A stretch of DNA of 63,493 nt, filler included, from Chlamydiia bacterium (lineage in GTDB: Bacteria; Chlamydiota; Chlamydiia; Chlamydiales; FEN-1388): NCBI GenBank assembly GCA_903848235.1. It is 5 parts of 5 records of this genome, joined end to end, with 100 filler letters (N's around TTAATTAATTAA, not from the genome) between each part and the next. Parts side by side here need not be neighbours in the genome. Positions count along the whole stretch, not along the records: positions 15,735 to 31,823 come from CAINFV010000166.1; positions 31,924 to 36,056 come from CAINFV010000167.1; positions 36,157 to 57,163 come from CAINFV010000168.1; 2 more parts are not named here. One strand, given 5' to 3'. A model generated the notes under the pieces. That model was not told the DNA's origin. It did no database searches and was given only the letters and a program-made list of their open reading frames with translations. Below, piece after piece: positions 30,330 through 41,770 of the stretch. The first letter of the stretch is position 1. Every line of letters starts with the position of its first letter. The position numbers and the translations under genes are program-made.

Positions 30330-30392
30330 AATGCAAGAAGTCTGAGTGAGAACGAATGCGAAACCGGGCCCAAAAAATGTTAAAGTCCGGTG
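30330..30392. repeat. Right half of MITE family A
   Basis: aatgcaagaagtctgagtgagaacgaatgcgaaaccgggcccaaaaaatgttaaagtccggtg is nearly identical to 15423-15486. Confidence 0.8.
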
Positions 30393-30439
30393 AAAGACAA
30401 TGGATGTAAAAGCGGGTTCAAAAAAATGCTACCATCCAG

Positions 30440-31549
30440 TCAGGTAAAAATTGGTGCCGCAGCTAAGGGGTTGGTATAACGAACACGAATTTCTGGATTC
30501 AGCTCAAAAAGAGCAGCAAACCGATGATCGATAGGGTTTACGGACTCAAGATAGGGATTGATTTCTGCTAATAGCTGTTCATATTTTTGAACGTCAGGAG
30601 ACAAAGGCACATGTCTTTCCTGAGCTAATCTATATTCCTGAACTAGAGGTGAATAAAACCCTAGATGCTTCAGGTTTGCAAGTTTACCGACCCCGCCCGT
30701 TGAAAAAAATTCCATAAAAGCTTTGAGGTCTTCGCCGTCTGTCATATCAATTTGAAGAGGCGCCTCTGCATACTGTGTAAAAAAAACGGCTGCCTGAGTC
30801 GGAGATTGCTTCAATTGAGGAAAGATCTCCTTAGCAAAAAACTCACCATCTTGCCATCTAGGCACAGCGGTGCGCAATGCGCTCGAAGCTGTCAGCGTTA
30901 TTGACCCCCATTCCTCATTTGACATGCAATCCAAAAGAGATAACCATAATCGAGTTTCCTTATCAAAAATCTCGGATGGAAATTGGCGCCACGGGGATTG
31001 TTTTGAGCATTGGGGCTTCTTACTAAGGCTAGAAACAGCGCTAAAAATGCACCAGTCGTTGTAGCGAAGGGTACCTGCTATGGTCAGAATTTTGTCCAAA
31101 GACCTTTGGCAGATACATTTCGCATCAGTTGACTTTCCTATGACAAGAGCTTGGAGGTATACCGAAAGAGGAAGAAGGGTGTTACCACCCTCATCACACA
31201 AACACTCTTCAGTTGATTGAGAATCTTGAAGTGTTCTTGCTAATGCACGAGCCTTGACTGTATCTTTATACACCTTCGCAATTATTGCCGAATTAGGTAA
31301 CTCAGGCCGGCTTTCTGAGCAAGATTGAAAAAGTTTTCTCACAACCGGTAGTTCAAAAAACGTTCCAAGCTCGGTGAGTTTGATGCCGGTCAGTGCTTGG
31401 CTCGTCAATTTACATGTCTGTCCTAAAGCTGGCCTTTGAGACTCGCCAAGGAACGAGAAAATCGTTTCTATGGGAAGTAATGGAGCGGTGTGAAAAAAAG
31501 AAAGTTGGTCTAGGGTAGGTTTTTGGGAACTATTGACTTGATTCGCCAT
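30440..31549 (-). CDS. F-box-like protein, candidate effector
   Basis: N-terminal LLPIETIFSFLGESQRPALGQTCK resembles the F-box consensus. Confidence 0.6.
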   Translation of the reverse strand: MANQVNSSQKPTLDQLSFFHTAPLLPIETIFSFLGESQRPALGQTCKLTSQALTGIKLTELGTFFELPVVRKLFQSCSESRPELPNSAIIAKVYKDTVKARALARTLQDSQSTEECLCDEGGNTLLPLSVYLQALVIGKSTDAKCICQRSLDKILTIAGTLRYNDWCIFSAVSSLSKKPQCSKQSPWRQFPSEIFDKETRLWLSLLDCMSNEEWGSITLTASSALRTAVPRWQDGEFFAKEIFPQLKQSPTQAAVFFTQYAEAPLQIDMTDGEDLKAFMEFFSTGGVGKLANLKHLGFYSPLVQEYRLAQERHVPLSPDVQKYEQLLAEINPYLESVNPIDHRFAALFELNPEIRVRYTNPLAAAPIFT

Positions 31550-31681
31550 TCATCACCTATTTTTTAAATATAGACGGCCATGACATTTTATCAAAATAAG
31601 TAATTTTTACTCGAGTTAATTTATAAAACTGTAAGCGCCACGTGATAATGTCCCTACGAAAACTAAGTTAAAATGTATACC

Positions 31682-31823
31682 CACTGGACTTTAGCATTTT
31701 TTGAGACCGATTTCGCATTCGTTGTCTCTCAGACGATTGCATTTATCATAGATGGCCTGCCCAGGCCGATCTATGATAAATGCAATCGTCTGAGAGACAA
31801 CCCTCTGCGAACTCGGTGCCCAA
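31682..31823. mobile_element. MITE family A copy, cut by the contig end
   Basis: cactggactttagcattttttgagaccga...tgcatttatcatagatgg...tctatgataaatgca; inverted relative to 15323. Confidence 0.8.
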
Positions 31824-31923
31824 NNNNNNNNNNNNNNNNNNNNNNNNNNNNNNNNNNNNNNNNNNNNTTAATTAATTAANNNNNNNNNNNNNNNNNNNNN
31901 NNNNNNNNNNNNNNNNNNNNNNN
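31824..31923. other. Artificial contig spacer
   Basis: N run with TTAATTAATTAA. Confidence 0.98.
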
Positions 31924-34427
31924 AGATCAATTCTTCCCTCGCGAAGATGGAAGGGGCCGGAGAACGAAGGGTTTTCAAGAGTCCCGCCGACAGTGGCATC
32001 ACAGCCAATAATCGCTTCAAAGCCAGCATTGGCTGTCATCCATCCTGCAAGAAGCTGCGAGAGATGGAAGTCTCCTTTTATGGTTCCGGTCAGCGGTGAC
32101 TGCTGGGGAATGGTGACCCATGGGGACTTGAGAACTCTTTGCATAGGTGTTGATAGAGAGATGATCAAGGGCTCATTGATTCCCATGCCTGCGATGCAGG
32201 CTTCTCCTCGAGCAATGTCATTTTCGAGAGATACTGTCCCTCCTATGGCAAGGCCCCCATCAGGACCGCCGATGACACCAAGACGGGAGAGATGGGCTTG
32301 AAACTGTGCCGTTCCCATGACGCTGCGCGAGGTAGCTTGATAGTGAAGCTGGCCATCGAACGTGCCAAACGCCTCCATAAGACCGATGGATTGAGCAACA
32401 TGTTGAAGAGGAACGCGATCAAAAAAGAGATTTCCTGTTCCTTGCAGAACAGAGGCTCTATTCCATTCTCCAACGATTCTTCCCTCAAGACCAATGCCGA
32501 GCGTCAGTGAAAGTGAAGAAAGAGAGATGCCTCTATGCTCAATATGCAGAGGTCTTTCAAGGGTAAGATGGTTGCCACCCAACGTTCCTTCAACTCGATC
32601 GATGGTGAGGAACCCTTGCCTGCCATTGGTTTGTCCAGCACCACTTGCAAAGAGGTCAAAAGCACATTGGTTAAAACGCCCTATGCCTCGCGCTTCTAAC
32701 AGACGCAGCGCCTGAGATTGAGTGTCGAGGGATAAGGAGAGAACGCCGCGATTAAGATAACAGGAGCCTTTCTGTAGCCCTCGCAAATCCGTCGTGAAGG
32801 AGATTTGTTGTAGTGAAGGGGTAGCCATTGACAGATGGAAGTCAGCGCTCTTGCACTGCGTTGTGTTCAAAAGGAAATCAGTGACATTGCCTGAAAGAGA
32901 GAGGGAAGATTTGTTCGGGCTTACTATCAGATGTGATGACAACTCAGCGCTTCCGCCACAAGGAAAGTTGACAAAAGGTCGGAATATTGACAGATCTTGG
33001 CAGCGTAGAGTAGTCCACAGAGATTTTTCCCTTTCTAGTACATCATACTTGGCAGAGAGTCGAAATTGTGCCGCCACTAAGTCCAGAGAGCTAGTGAGGG
33101 TTTCTGGCCCTATCGTTCCATTGCCTGCAAAATGGAGGGGGATCGTTGCATCGTTGTGAGAGAACACCCCTGTAGCAGTAGACGACGCACGCAGGCAGTT
33201 TTCATCTAAAGAGAAATCTATTGTACTCTCGAGGAAACCCTTTATTTCGTTGATTGATATTTGTGGTATGCGAAGAACACAGCGAAGAGACGTGGTGCCG
33301 GAAGAGAAAAGCTGTATATCTCCCGCTCCCTTTATGACAAGTGTTCGTATGGGTTCGAATTGGAGGTTTTGCAGCTCTGGCGCTCCATCGAGGTCTGGAG
33401 GGGTTTGGATCGTGCGCCCTACGGTCACGTTGGTTTCAAATTCGTCGCAGGTCGCAGAGAGTGTCTTCCCAGGAACGAAGTGAAGTTCTCCTCGTGCCGA
33501 CCCTGAGCGGCGAAGAATGTAATCTTCAAAGTCAATTTGCGATCCGTTTTTGAGAGCATCGTGCTTGATGAGGTTGGCGGCCTGGGGAGGCAGGGTTATC
33601 GCTCTCTTGGTGTCAAGAAGAGGTGTAGAAAACGTTGGGCAGGAGAGATGCCATGACCCTGAAATCTGATCAACGGACTGGAGAGAAAAATCGGGGGCAG
33701 TTTTGCCGAACGATGCATTGATTTTCAGATCGAGATAGTCGTCAGACCCAAACAGAGAGTTCTTTGGATGGTCTAGCTCCGCTGTAGAGAGGAAGATGCG
33801 CGTGTTCAGTGCGTAGTCGCATTGTTTCTTCGAGCAGCAGAGGTCAATTCTCTTCGGCCAGGAACAGGGAGTACTTCTCGAGATCGATAAAGATGTTTTT
33901 CCTCGCATCTGATCAGAGGAGAGAAAGAAACTTCCTTTGAGTGAGCAGTCACACGCCCCTTCACCATTTGGAAGATGCGTGCTCTTGATATGGACAGATC
34001 GAAGACGAAGATAGGGAAAAGCGAGAGAAAAATGAAATGAGGTCCCGTTCGTAGTTGAAGCCGACTTCTGGCAATGGTGTTCGATCGCATCGGCATCAAT
34101 GAAAATCCCCTGGCCGCGTACCTGGCAGAAGGTAAGGGCGTGGAAGGGGATGTCGACGAAGAGAGGGGAGAAGACGAGCGACTGGCAGGTGATCAGTGGA
34201 CAGTCACTCTGTGCCGGATCTGTGATTGTGAGGCCTTCGACTTTGATGTAAAATGGAAGGGCAATATCGACATGTTCGATCCGAGCATCGACTCCTGTGC
34301 CGCACAGGGCGCGTTCGATAACTATTTTTATAAGGCGTTGCCCCCAGGGGGTTTCGATAAAGAGCCAAAGCCCCGCCATGGCTATGACGAAGACGAAAAG
34401 TATCTTCTTCAACCATGAAATAATCAT
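31924..34427 (-). CDS. tamB: TamB/AsmA-like translocation and assembly module protein (3' truncated)
   Basis: N-terminal anchor plus ETPWGQ, long beta-rich body, GGTLENPSFSG; coupled to an Omp85 gene. Confidence 0.75.
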
Positions 34428-36056
34428 CAGAACGCTTGCCCTATGCTAAAGTACAATTGAAAGAATGGGTCGATATGCCGTCGGCGATTCAATGGGAAGG
34501 CAATATCAAGTCGCAGAGGGCCAATAGGAGTGCCATATCGCATCCCTAGGCCTACAGAGTGCAAGAAGGGGTGGAGATCGACGTCTGGCACTACATGTCG
34601 ATAGACATTGCCGATGTCATAGAAGGCAACCCACCCAAGGCCTTTTTGTGTTCGTGTCCTAATCTCAAAGGATCCAGTGAGCATCGATAGCCCTCCGGTC
34701 GGCTCTCTGTGTTTATTCAACGGGCTTACACTTCCCGTTTTGTATCCGCGCAGGGAATTTTGAGAACCTCCAAAAAACCGATCAGGGAGAGGAATGTCAT
34801 GGTTTGCAGCCCCGACGATATTTCCGATTCCTGCACGTGCAGCGAAGGTCACTGCATCGTCGAAGGCTGAACGATAAGCCGCTACGGATGTTGTTTGGAT
34901 TAGATAGGTGAAGTTTGGTGCGTTGAATTGATAGGTGGGGGTCAGCCGTACATAGAAAGCAAATCCCTTCGTGGGGTCGAGAGGAGCGTTGGCATTACTC
35001 CATTTGAGTTGAAGAGGTGCTTTGGCCAGATGCCAGAGCTTGTGGCCGATGATGCCTGTTGACTCAAGGCGTTCTAAGCATAGGCCATAGACACCGTTTA
35101 CCCGTTGCGTCAGCTGGCGATTGATGAGAGAAGAGCCTTTGACGGCCGAACTTGTAAAAGGAAGGTAGTTTTGATGGTCATACTCTATGATCCATGTCAA
35201 GCTCTGATCATCGCGCTGAAAGTGCGGCAGGGTATACGAAGTAGATACTGTTCGCATCTTCTGCCATAGCTCGAGGTCAAACGAGAGCTTTCTGCCTATG
35301 CCCTGCATATTGCGGTGCTCCCATTCGGCAGAAACCCCTCCACCGTAGGTTGTCGTATAGCTAATCCCTGCGCCAACTGTCCTTGGTTTGCTTTCTGTGA
35401 CGTTGATGGTCGTAGGCAGTGTCCAATCGCACCCAAGTTCATTGGTCTCTTCGATTTGAACAGATTGGAAAAGTCCGCTTCTTTGAAGGGAGTTTTCGGT
35501 TTTTTCCAATAATTTTGGAGAGTAGAGTTCGCCCTGTTTCCACTCTTGATTGATAGCAAAGAACTCCGGCTGTACCTTTTTTGCACCGATAATATTTGTA
35601 GTTCCAAATCTGACTATGGGCCCTGTTTGCACAACGATTGTCACGTCAACAGTGCCTTGCGTCCTGTCGGCGACCACTTCCTTTGAGATGATGCGTGCAA
35701 AGGCAAATGCTCTTGATCGAAGAGCTCTTATCAGTTCGGAATCAATCGCGACAATTGCTTTCCCAGTTGCTGGCAGTCCTGTTCGGAAAGACGGCGTGTC
35801 CTTGAGCGTTGGCTCTTTTGCAAGCACCGATGTGTCTTCGTTACGATGTGTAAGGTCATCGATCACCATGTCTTTGTCATTCCAGACGAGGGTGAGTTGG
35901 TCGAAGGTATACACGGGGCCTAGGGTAATGTCGAACTCGACAACGGGAGCTGTTGCTTCCCCGGTTATAGAGGGTTCGATGTGGCAGTCGAAATATCCAT
36001 AGTAGATGGCAGCAGTATTGAGGCGTTCGACGTCGCTATTGGCTCGGAGCCGTAGG
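34427..36056 (-). CDS. tamA: TamA/Omp85 outer-membrane assembly protein (5' truncated)
   Basis: POTRA-like region, RFFGGSQNSLRGY, YGTPIGPLRLD and terminal SIGQAF; the frame stays open to the gap. Confidence 0.85.
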
Positions 36057-36156
36057 NNNNNNNNNNNNNNNNNNNNNNNNNNNNNNNNNNNNNNNNNNNN
36101 TTAATTAATTAANNNNNNNNNNNNNNNNNNNNNNNNNNNNNNNNNNNNNNNNNNNN
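36057..36156. other. Artificial contig spacer
   Basis: N run with TTAATTAATTAA. Confidence 0.98.
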
Positions 36157-37087
36157 ATCCTTTTCGTGGTAGGCCGTCCTCTTTCCACCCCATGACGACA
36201 GTGGCAAACGATGCATGAGGGACTGCTTGCTCATTGCCGAAGAATGATGGGAGCAACTGTCTGATGGCAGGCTCTGGGAGCGCAAGGATGACCTTATTGG
36301 CTCGCACTGTTCCCTGGGAAAAATGCAATTCAATGGATGAAGAGGTGAGGTCAATAGTTTGTACTGTTGTGTCAGTGAGAATTGGCATGCGAAGCTGTGC
36401 AGACATAGCTTTGGCCAGTTGCTCTATCCCTTTCGAAAAAGAGCACATACCACGAATTTTGGGACGTTCTTTTTTCTGGAAGAGCGAGGCAATGCCTCCG
36501 ATAAGACACGAGCCATAACGGACGTCAGCTTCCTTCAGGTCTGGGAAGGTATTGTAGATTGATAGGCGAGATGCTTCGCCTCCCCAGATGCCACTGACAA
36601 GGGCATTGGCTAGCTTATTGACGATGGGAGAAGGAGCCCGCCTTGAAAAGAAAGAGGCGACACTTTCGTCATCAACCGTTCCCCGTTTTTGAAAAGGCTC
36701 TAGAAACATCTTCTTTGCCAGTTCGCGGCCAACAGGAGTGCGGATAAGGTCGAGAAATCCTTCAGGAAGAGCGACAGGTCTGCCGTTAAGAATAACATAT
36801 CGCGAAGAGGCCGCAGGGGAGGCCTTGAGGACATCTTGTTCTAGGCCTAAAGAGGTGATGAGATCAACGGTTGCCAGGGCATATTCCCCACGAAGACGAA
36901 GGCTCCTCGGGCCGGCTTCATACTGCTGCCCTGAAGGAAGGGTGATGGTTTGAACCCAGCCGCCGAGGCGTGGGGAAGCTTCAATCAGCAGTGCTGAGAG
37001 ATTCGGATGATGGCGTTCGAGAAAATAGGCTGCAGAGAGGCCGGAGACCCCGCCCCCAATAATCACAACATCATACTGATCTGTCAT
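36157..37087 (-). CDS. hemG: Protoporphyrinogen oxidase, HemY type (3' truncated)
   Basis: IIGGGVSGLSAA, EASPRLGG, EAGPRS and GIWGG; in the hem operon. Confidence 0.9.
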
Positions 37088-38430
37088 ATGGCCCTCGAGC
37101 TAAAAGTGGATTTTTCAAGATAGGCGTCAAAACACGATGCGATACTACGGAGGAACAGCTGCCCCCGTGGCGTGGCTTCTAGGCAAGTAGAGGTTGCTGT
37201 TACAAGGCCGTCGGCAATGAGCGGCTGCAGTCGGTGAAGGTTGAGGTGAAAGTACGCATCAAAAGACTCTCCAGAGAGTTTTTCGAAGTCGTTTTTTTGA
37301 ATTTTTCCTAAGCACATGAGCTGCTCGATCACGAAACGTCGCCACAGGTCATCGGGCGTGAGGAGTATCCCCCGTGCTGTGGGGAATGCCCCCCGATCGA
37401 TGGCGTCGAGATATTCGGGCAGGGTTTTTGCATGCTGGAAGAAGGCCGTGCCAAGATCACTGATTCCTGTCATCCCAAGGCCGATCACCTCATGACCCTC
37501 TAAGACAGTGTACCCCTGAAAGGTGCGGTGAAGAGAGCCAGTGGCAACGCTTTGGCAAAGAGTGTCAGCGGGCACTGCAAAGTGGTCTAATCCAATCGCC
37601 ATATAGCCTCCCTTCACAAGTATCTCCCTGGCAGTACAGTACATCTGAAACTTTTCGTCAGGAGAGGGGAGAAGAGCCTTGGAGAGTGCTTTTTGATTAG
37701 CTTTTAGCTCAGGAAGATAGGCGAAGGAAAACATTGCGATACGCGTCGGGTGGAGATCGATAACTCTGTTTATCGTTTCACTGAACGAGGATACGGTTTG
37801 GCAAGGAAGGCCGTATATGAGGTCGAAGTTTATGCTCTCAAATCCAAGCTGCTGGCAGTGGCGATAGACCGAGGTACTTACCTCTGCACTTTGCCCACGG
37901 CCGATAGCCTGTTGGACTGTTGGATTTAGATCCTGGATGCCAAGGCTGATGCGGTTGAACCCGAGAGTTTTGAGTGTTTGAAGTGTGGCAGCTCGAGATC
38001 CATAAACAGTTCTAGGGTCTATTTCGATGGCGATCTCTGCTTTTGCTTCTATGGAAAATGCGCTTCTGAGAGCAGACATCAAGCGTGACAATTGCGAAGC
38101 AGAGAGTTTGGTGGGACTTCCTCCTCCCAAATGGATCTGGTTGACATGTGCAGGACCTATGACGGAGCGCAGAAGAGCGATTTCAGCGCAAAGAGCGTCG
38201 ACGTACTGTTCTTCGAGGGCAGCGTTGTTGTTGGCAATGGTAGAGCATCCGCAGTAGTGGCAGATGGCAGAGCAAAAGGGGATGTGGAGGTATAAAGAGA
38301 GAGGAGCGCTGTGATCTCGCGCGGCGAGCGCCTTCCGAAAGCCTTCCTCGCCCATAGGCCCCCATGCAGGAGCTGGAGGATAGCTGGTGTACCGAGGAAC
38401 GGGTACATTATATCGATCTATTATACACAC
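37084..38430 (-). CDS. hemN: Oxygen-independent coproporphyrinogen III oxidase
   Basis: PRYTSYP, YLHIPFCSAICHYCGC radical SAM motif and LHRTFQGYT. Confidence 0.95.
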   Translation of the reverse strand: MCIIDRYNVPVPRYTSYPPAPAWGPMGEEGFRKALAARDHSAPLSLYLHIPFCSAICHYCGCSTIANNNAALEEQYVDALCAEIALLRSVIGPAHVNQIHLGGGSPTKLSASQLSRLMSALRSAFSIEAKAEIAIEIDPRTVYGSRAATLQTLKTLGFNRISLGIQDLNPTVQQAIGRGQSAEVSTSVYRHCQQLGFESINFDLIYGLPCQTVSSFSETINRVIDLHPTRIAMFSFAYLPELKANQKALSKALLPSPDEKFQMYCTAREILVKGGYMAIGLDHFAVPADTLCQSVATGSLHRTFQGYTVLEGHEVIGLGMTGISDLGTAFFQHAKTLPEYLDAIDRGAFPTARGILLTPDDLWRRFVIEQLMCLGKIQKNDFEKLSGESFDAYFHLNLHRLQPLIADGLVTATSTCLEATPRGQLFLRSIASCFDAYLEKSTFSSRAI

Positions 38431-39437
38431 GTTTTTTCCCGAACAGTCTCTACAAGGAGGTGGATGGTCTCTTCTTCCGTCTGAGGAGGAACTCCTCCAG
38501 AGAGGTTGAAGATAAATCCTCGGTCATTCCTCATGCAACTACAAATTTGACGAATCTTATCAACCAACTGTTCTTTGTCGCCAAGCAGAAGGATTGGATT
38601 GAGGTTTCCTTGGAGGGCAATAGAACTGGGGACGAGGGAACGTATAAAGGTAAGATCAACCGTTTCATCGCAAGAGAGTGCGGCAGTCGATGGCAGATAC
38701 AGAGGTGCGGTTTCTGTGTTAGCCCTGTAGATGATAGCAGGGCATGGAGGCAATCGCCGGATGATACGGAGGAGTGGTTGAACAGAGAGTCTGTCGAAGA
38801 GGGAATGGGGGAGCAGTGAAGAATGGGAGTCAAAAAGCTGGACTGCCTGAACGCCAGCCTGAATTTGGAGTGTCAGATGGGAGACTACAAGGTCCTCTAA
38901 TGAACAAACGAGGTTGTGAACCATCGCTGGCTGGTTTTTAAGAGCCGCTTGCGTTTTAGGCCACGTTTTCGAAGCTTCACCTTCGATAAGATAGGCTGCA
39001 AGGGTCCATGGAGCTCCAGAGAATCCTATGAGAGGGCGGTCGAGAGATGAGGAGAGGAGAGCCGCTGCTTGGTAGACACCTGGAATTGTCTCTTGAAGGG
39101 CCGATGTTATGTCGAAGGGGTGGGCAAGAGCGTCTATCCCAGGGCCGATGAGAAGGGGGCCGCCAGAGTCGCGGAAGACAGTCTGAACTCCAAGAGTGAT
39201 GAGAGGAAAAAGAATATCAGAGAAGAGAATAGCGGCATCAACGTCAAAGGCTTCTACAGGTTGGAGGGTGACTTGTACGGCAAGCTCGGGAATTAGACAT
39301 AGATCATGAAAGGAGAACCGCTTTCTGAGTGCTCGATATGATGACATATACCGACCTGCCTGGCGCATAAGCCAAACAGGGATCGATCGGGAGTCATTCG
39401 TGCATGACAGAGCGTCGAGAAACAGCTTTTTTGTGAT
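38421..39437 (-). CDS. hemE: Uroporphyrinogen decarboxylase
   Basis: PVWLMRQAGRY, DAAILFSDIL and LQGNLNP; the conserved N-terminus extends to an ATC at 39437. Confidence 0.93.
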   Translation of the reverse strand: MTKKLFLDALSCTNDSRSIPVWLMRQAGRYMSSYRALRKRFSFHDLCLIPELAVQVTLQPVEAFDVDAAILFSDILFPLITLGVQTVFRDSGGPLLIGPGIDALAHPFDITSALQETIPGVYQAAALLSSSLDRPLIGFSGAPWTLAAYLIEGEASKTWPKTQAALKNQPAMVHNLVCSLEDLVVSHLTLQIQAGVQAVQLFDSHSSLLPHSLFDRLSVQPLLRIIRRLPPCPAIIYRANTETAPLYLPSTAALSCDETVDLTFIRSLVPSSIALQGNLNPILLLGDKEQLVDKIRQICSCMRNDRGFIFNLSGGVPPQTEEETIHLLVETVREKTCV

Positions 39438-39458
39438 TGAGAAGCCCTCCGCCCTTTA

Positions 39459-39618
39459 GGAACTGTAAAAGAATAATATGCACAAGTTGGCTGGCTGTGG
39501 CCATCGATCTGCCGATGGATCGTTCCTCGCCCATAGCACGCTATGGGGCACGTTACGATCCTCGACATCTCGACGACCTCGCTCACCCAACGTGCACATG
39601 TTATTCTTTTACAGTCCC
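39459..39618. mobile_element. MITE family B (160 bp, TTA target duplication)
   Basis: TIRs ggaactgtaaaagaataa / ttattcttttacagtccc with TTA on both sides; homologous to 44269-44433. Confidence 0.8.
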
Positions 39619-41640
39619 TTACGATGACAAAATTCGATCAAGAATAATCTCTACGGTAAATCCAAATTCTTTGGCAACAGCACTTGGAGGTGCTGATATG
39701 CCAAAGTCCTCAACAGCCACAGCAATACCGTCAGAACCAATGTATTTATGCCAGCCAAATTCTGAGGCAGCCTCTATAGATATCTTCCGGCCAGCGTCAG
39801 GCCCTAGAAGATTTTTCTTATAGGTGTCTGGCTGTTCGTCAAAGAGCGACCATGAGGGCATTGATACTACTCGTACGGATTTTCCGATTTGCTCTAAGGC
39901 ATCGGCAACATCCATTGCCAACGGCAACTCAGACCCCGTGCCGATGAGTGTATAGTCTGCAGGGCGTTTCTCAGAGCGAATGCAGTAGGCGCCTCTGCCA
40001 AGACCCTCTGAGAATGGGACCATGGTCTGCGGCAGATCTCGAATGTTCTGGCGCGAGAGGATGAGAGCTGTAGGGCCAGTGTGCTTTAATGCTGCGAGCC
40101 ATGCCATCTTTGTTTCGTGAGTTCCTGACGGACGGAGTACTAGCAGGTGAGGGATAGCACGTAGGGAGGCAAGCTGTTCTACTGGCTGGTGTGTGGGGCC
40201 ATCTTCACCGACGAAAATGGAGTCATGGGTGAATTGATAGATGACCTTGGCACGCATCAGGGCTGCCACGCGAATGGCATTTCGCATGTAATCAGAAAAG
40301 GTTAAAAAGGTGCCTATGACGGGGAGAAACATTTTTGTTTGCGACATACCTGTGGCGGCAGTTGCCATGGCAAACTCACGGTCTCCGAACTTAATGTTTC
40401 TGCCTCCCATATGATCTTTTGAGATGATGGGAAATTTCCTGAGGATGGTCATATCAGAGGTCGACAGATCGGCCGATCCGGTGATGAGGTTAGGGCAGAA
40501 GGTGCTCAACGCGTTCATCACTTCGGATGAAGCCTTGCGCCCAGAGATAGGAGCTTGAATGGGCAGCTTTGTAAGTAAGACTTCAAGATCTTCAGGAAGT
40601 CCGAGGGTGAGCATGAGGTCATATTCCTTCCGTTTTTCAGGGAAGCTGCGAGACCAGTTTTCAAACTGCTTTAACCATTCGTTTTCAAGATGACTGTTGT
40701 CGGCGAGTTTTTCTTGGAAGAATGAGAGGACGCTTTGTGGAACGTAAAACGCTTCATCGGGAACGCCAAGCTGCTCTTTGGCACGACGTATCTCCTCTTC
40801 TCCTAAGGGGGAGCCATGCACCATGTAGGAGCCTTCCTTGGTAGGCGCTCCTTTGCCGATCACTGTTTTCATAATAATGAGAACAGGTTTTTTTTGATGG
40901 TGAAGAGCTTGGCGTACGGACTTATCGAGCTGGTCAATGTCATGGCCGTTGACTTCAAACACTTCCCAGTTATAGGCCCGAAACCGCATTTTGGTATCTT
41001 CAGAATTTGTATCCGCAATTGGGCCATCGAGAGACACATCGTTGGAATCAAAGAACACAACGAGATTGTCAAGGCCAAGATGACCTGCGAGAGAAGCAGC
41101 TTCTGCTGACACCCCCTCCATCAAACATCCATCACCTGCGAGGACATACACCTTAGACGAAAAAAGATGGAATTCATCGGTATTAAATTTTTTGGCTAGC
41201 ATCTTCAGCGCAAGTGCCATGCCGACACCGTTGCCAAACCCCTGGCCTAAGGGCCCTGTGGTAGTTTCAACGCCTGGCGTCACCAACGATTCTGGATGCC
41301 CTGGAGTTTTTGAACCCAGCTGCCGAAAGTTTTTGATGTCTTCGAGTGTCAGATCAAATCCTGAAAGATAGAGGCAAGAGTAGAGCCACATAGAGCCGTG
41401 GCCTGCAGAAAGAATCACACGATCCCGATTCATCCACGAAGGGTTGCGAGGGTTATGCCTGAGGAGGTGTCCATACAAATAGGCGCCAAGCTCTGCGCAT
41501 CCAAGAGGGAGCCCTGGATGGCCAGAATTCGCCTTTTGGACACCATCCATAGCAAGAACGCGGATGGTGGTTGCAATCTTAGCAAGCTGCTGCTTGAGAG
41601 CTGCGTCTAAAGGGGAGGGAATTGTGCTTTCTATGGACAT
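39619..41640 (-). CDS. tkt: Transketolase
   Basis: ANSGHPG, TGPLGQG, GDGCLMEG and GEDGPTHQP; start MSIEST at 41640. Confidence 0.97.
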   Translation of the reverse strand: MSIESTIPSPLDAALKQQLAKIATTIRVLAMDGVQKANSGHPGLPLGCAELGAYLYGHLLRHNPRNPSWMNRDRVILSAGHGSMWLYSCLYLSGFDLTLEDIKNFRQLGSKTPGHPESLVTPGVETTTGPLGQGFGNGVGMALALKMLAKKFNTDEFHLFSSKVYVLAGDGCLMEGVSAEAASLAGHLGLDNLVVFFDSNDVSLDGPIADTNSEDTKMRFRAYNWEVFEVNGHDIDQLDKSVRQALHHQKKPVLIIMKTVIGKGAPTKEGSYMVHGSPLGEEEIRRAKEQLGVPDEAFYVPQSVLSFFQEKLADNSHLENEWLKQFENWSRSFPEKRKEYDLMLTLGLPEDLEVLLTKLPIQAPISGRKASSEVMNALSTFCPNLITGSADLSTSDMTILRKFPIISKDHMGGRNIKFGDREFAMATAATGMSQTKMFLPVIGTFLTFSDYMRNAIRVAALMRAKVIYQFTHDSIFVGEDGPTHQPVEQLASLRAIPHLLVLRPSGTHETKMAWLAALKHTGPTALILSRQNIRDLPQTMVPFSEGLGRGAYCIRSEKRPADYTLIGTGSELPLAMDVADALEQIGKSVRVVSMPSWSLFDEQPDTYKKNLLGPDAGRKISIEAASEFGWHKYIGSDGIAVAVEDFGISAPPSAVAKEFGFTVEIILDRILSS

Positions 41641-41770
41641 ATGTTCTCTTAAAAGAAATTTTTCTAGAGGCTGCTGCTGGAACCGATATGTACGAATTGT
41701 ATCTCTGGCGAAGAAAGTTGGACAAGGATAAAGAAGTGAAGAAAATGAATTATTGGAATGAGGCACCCTG

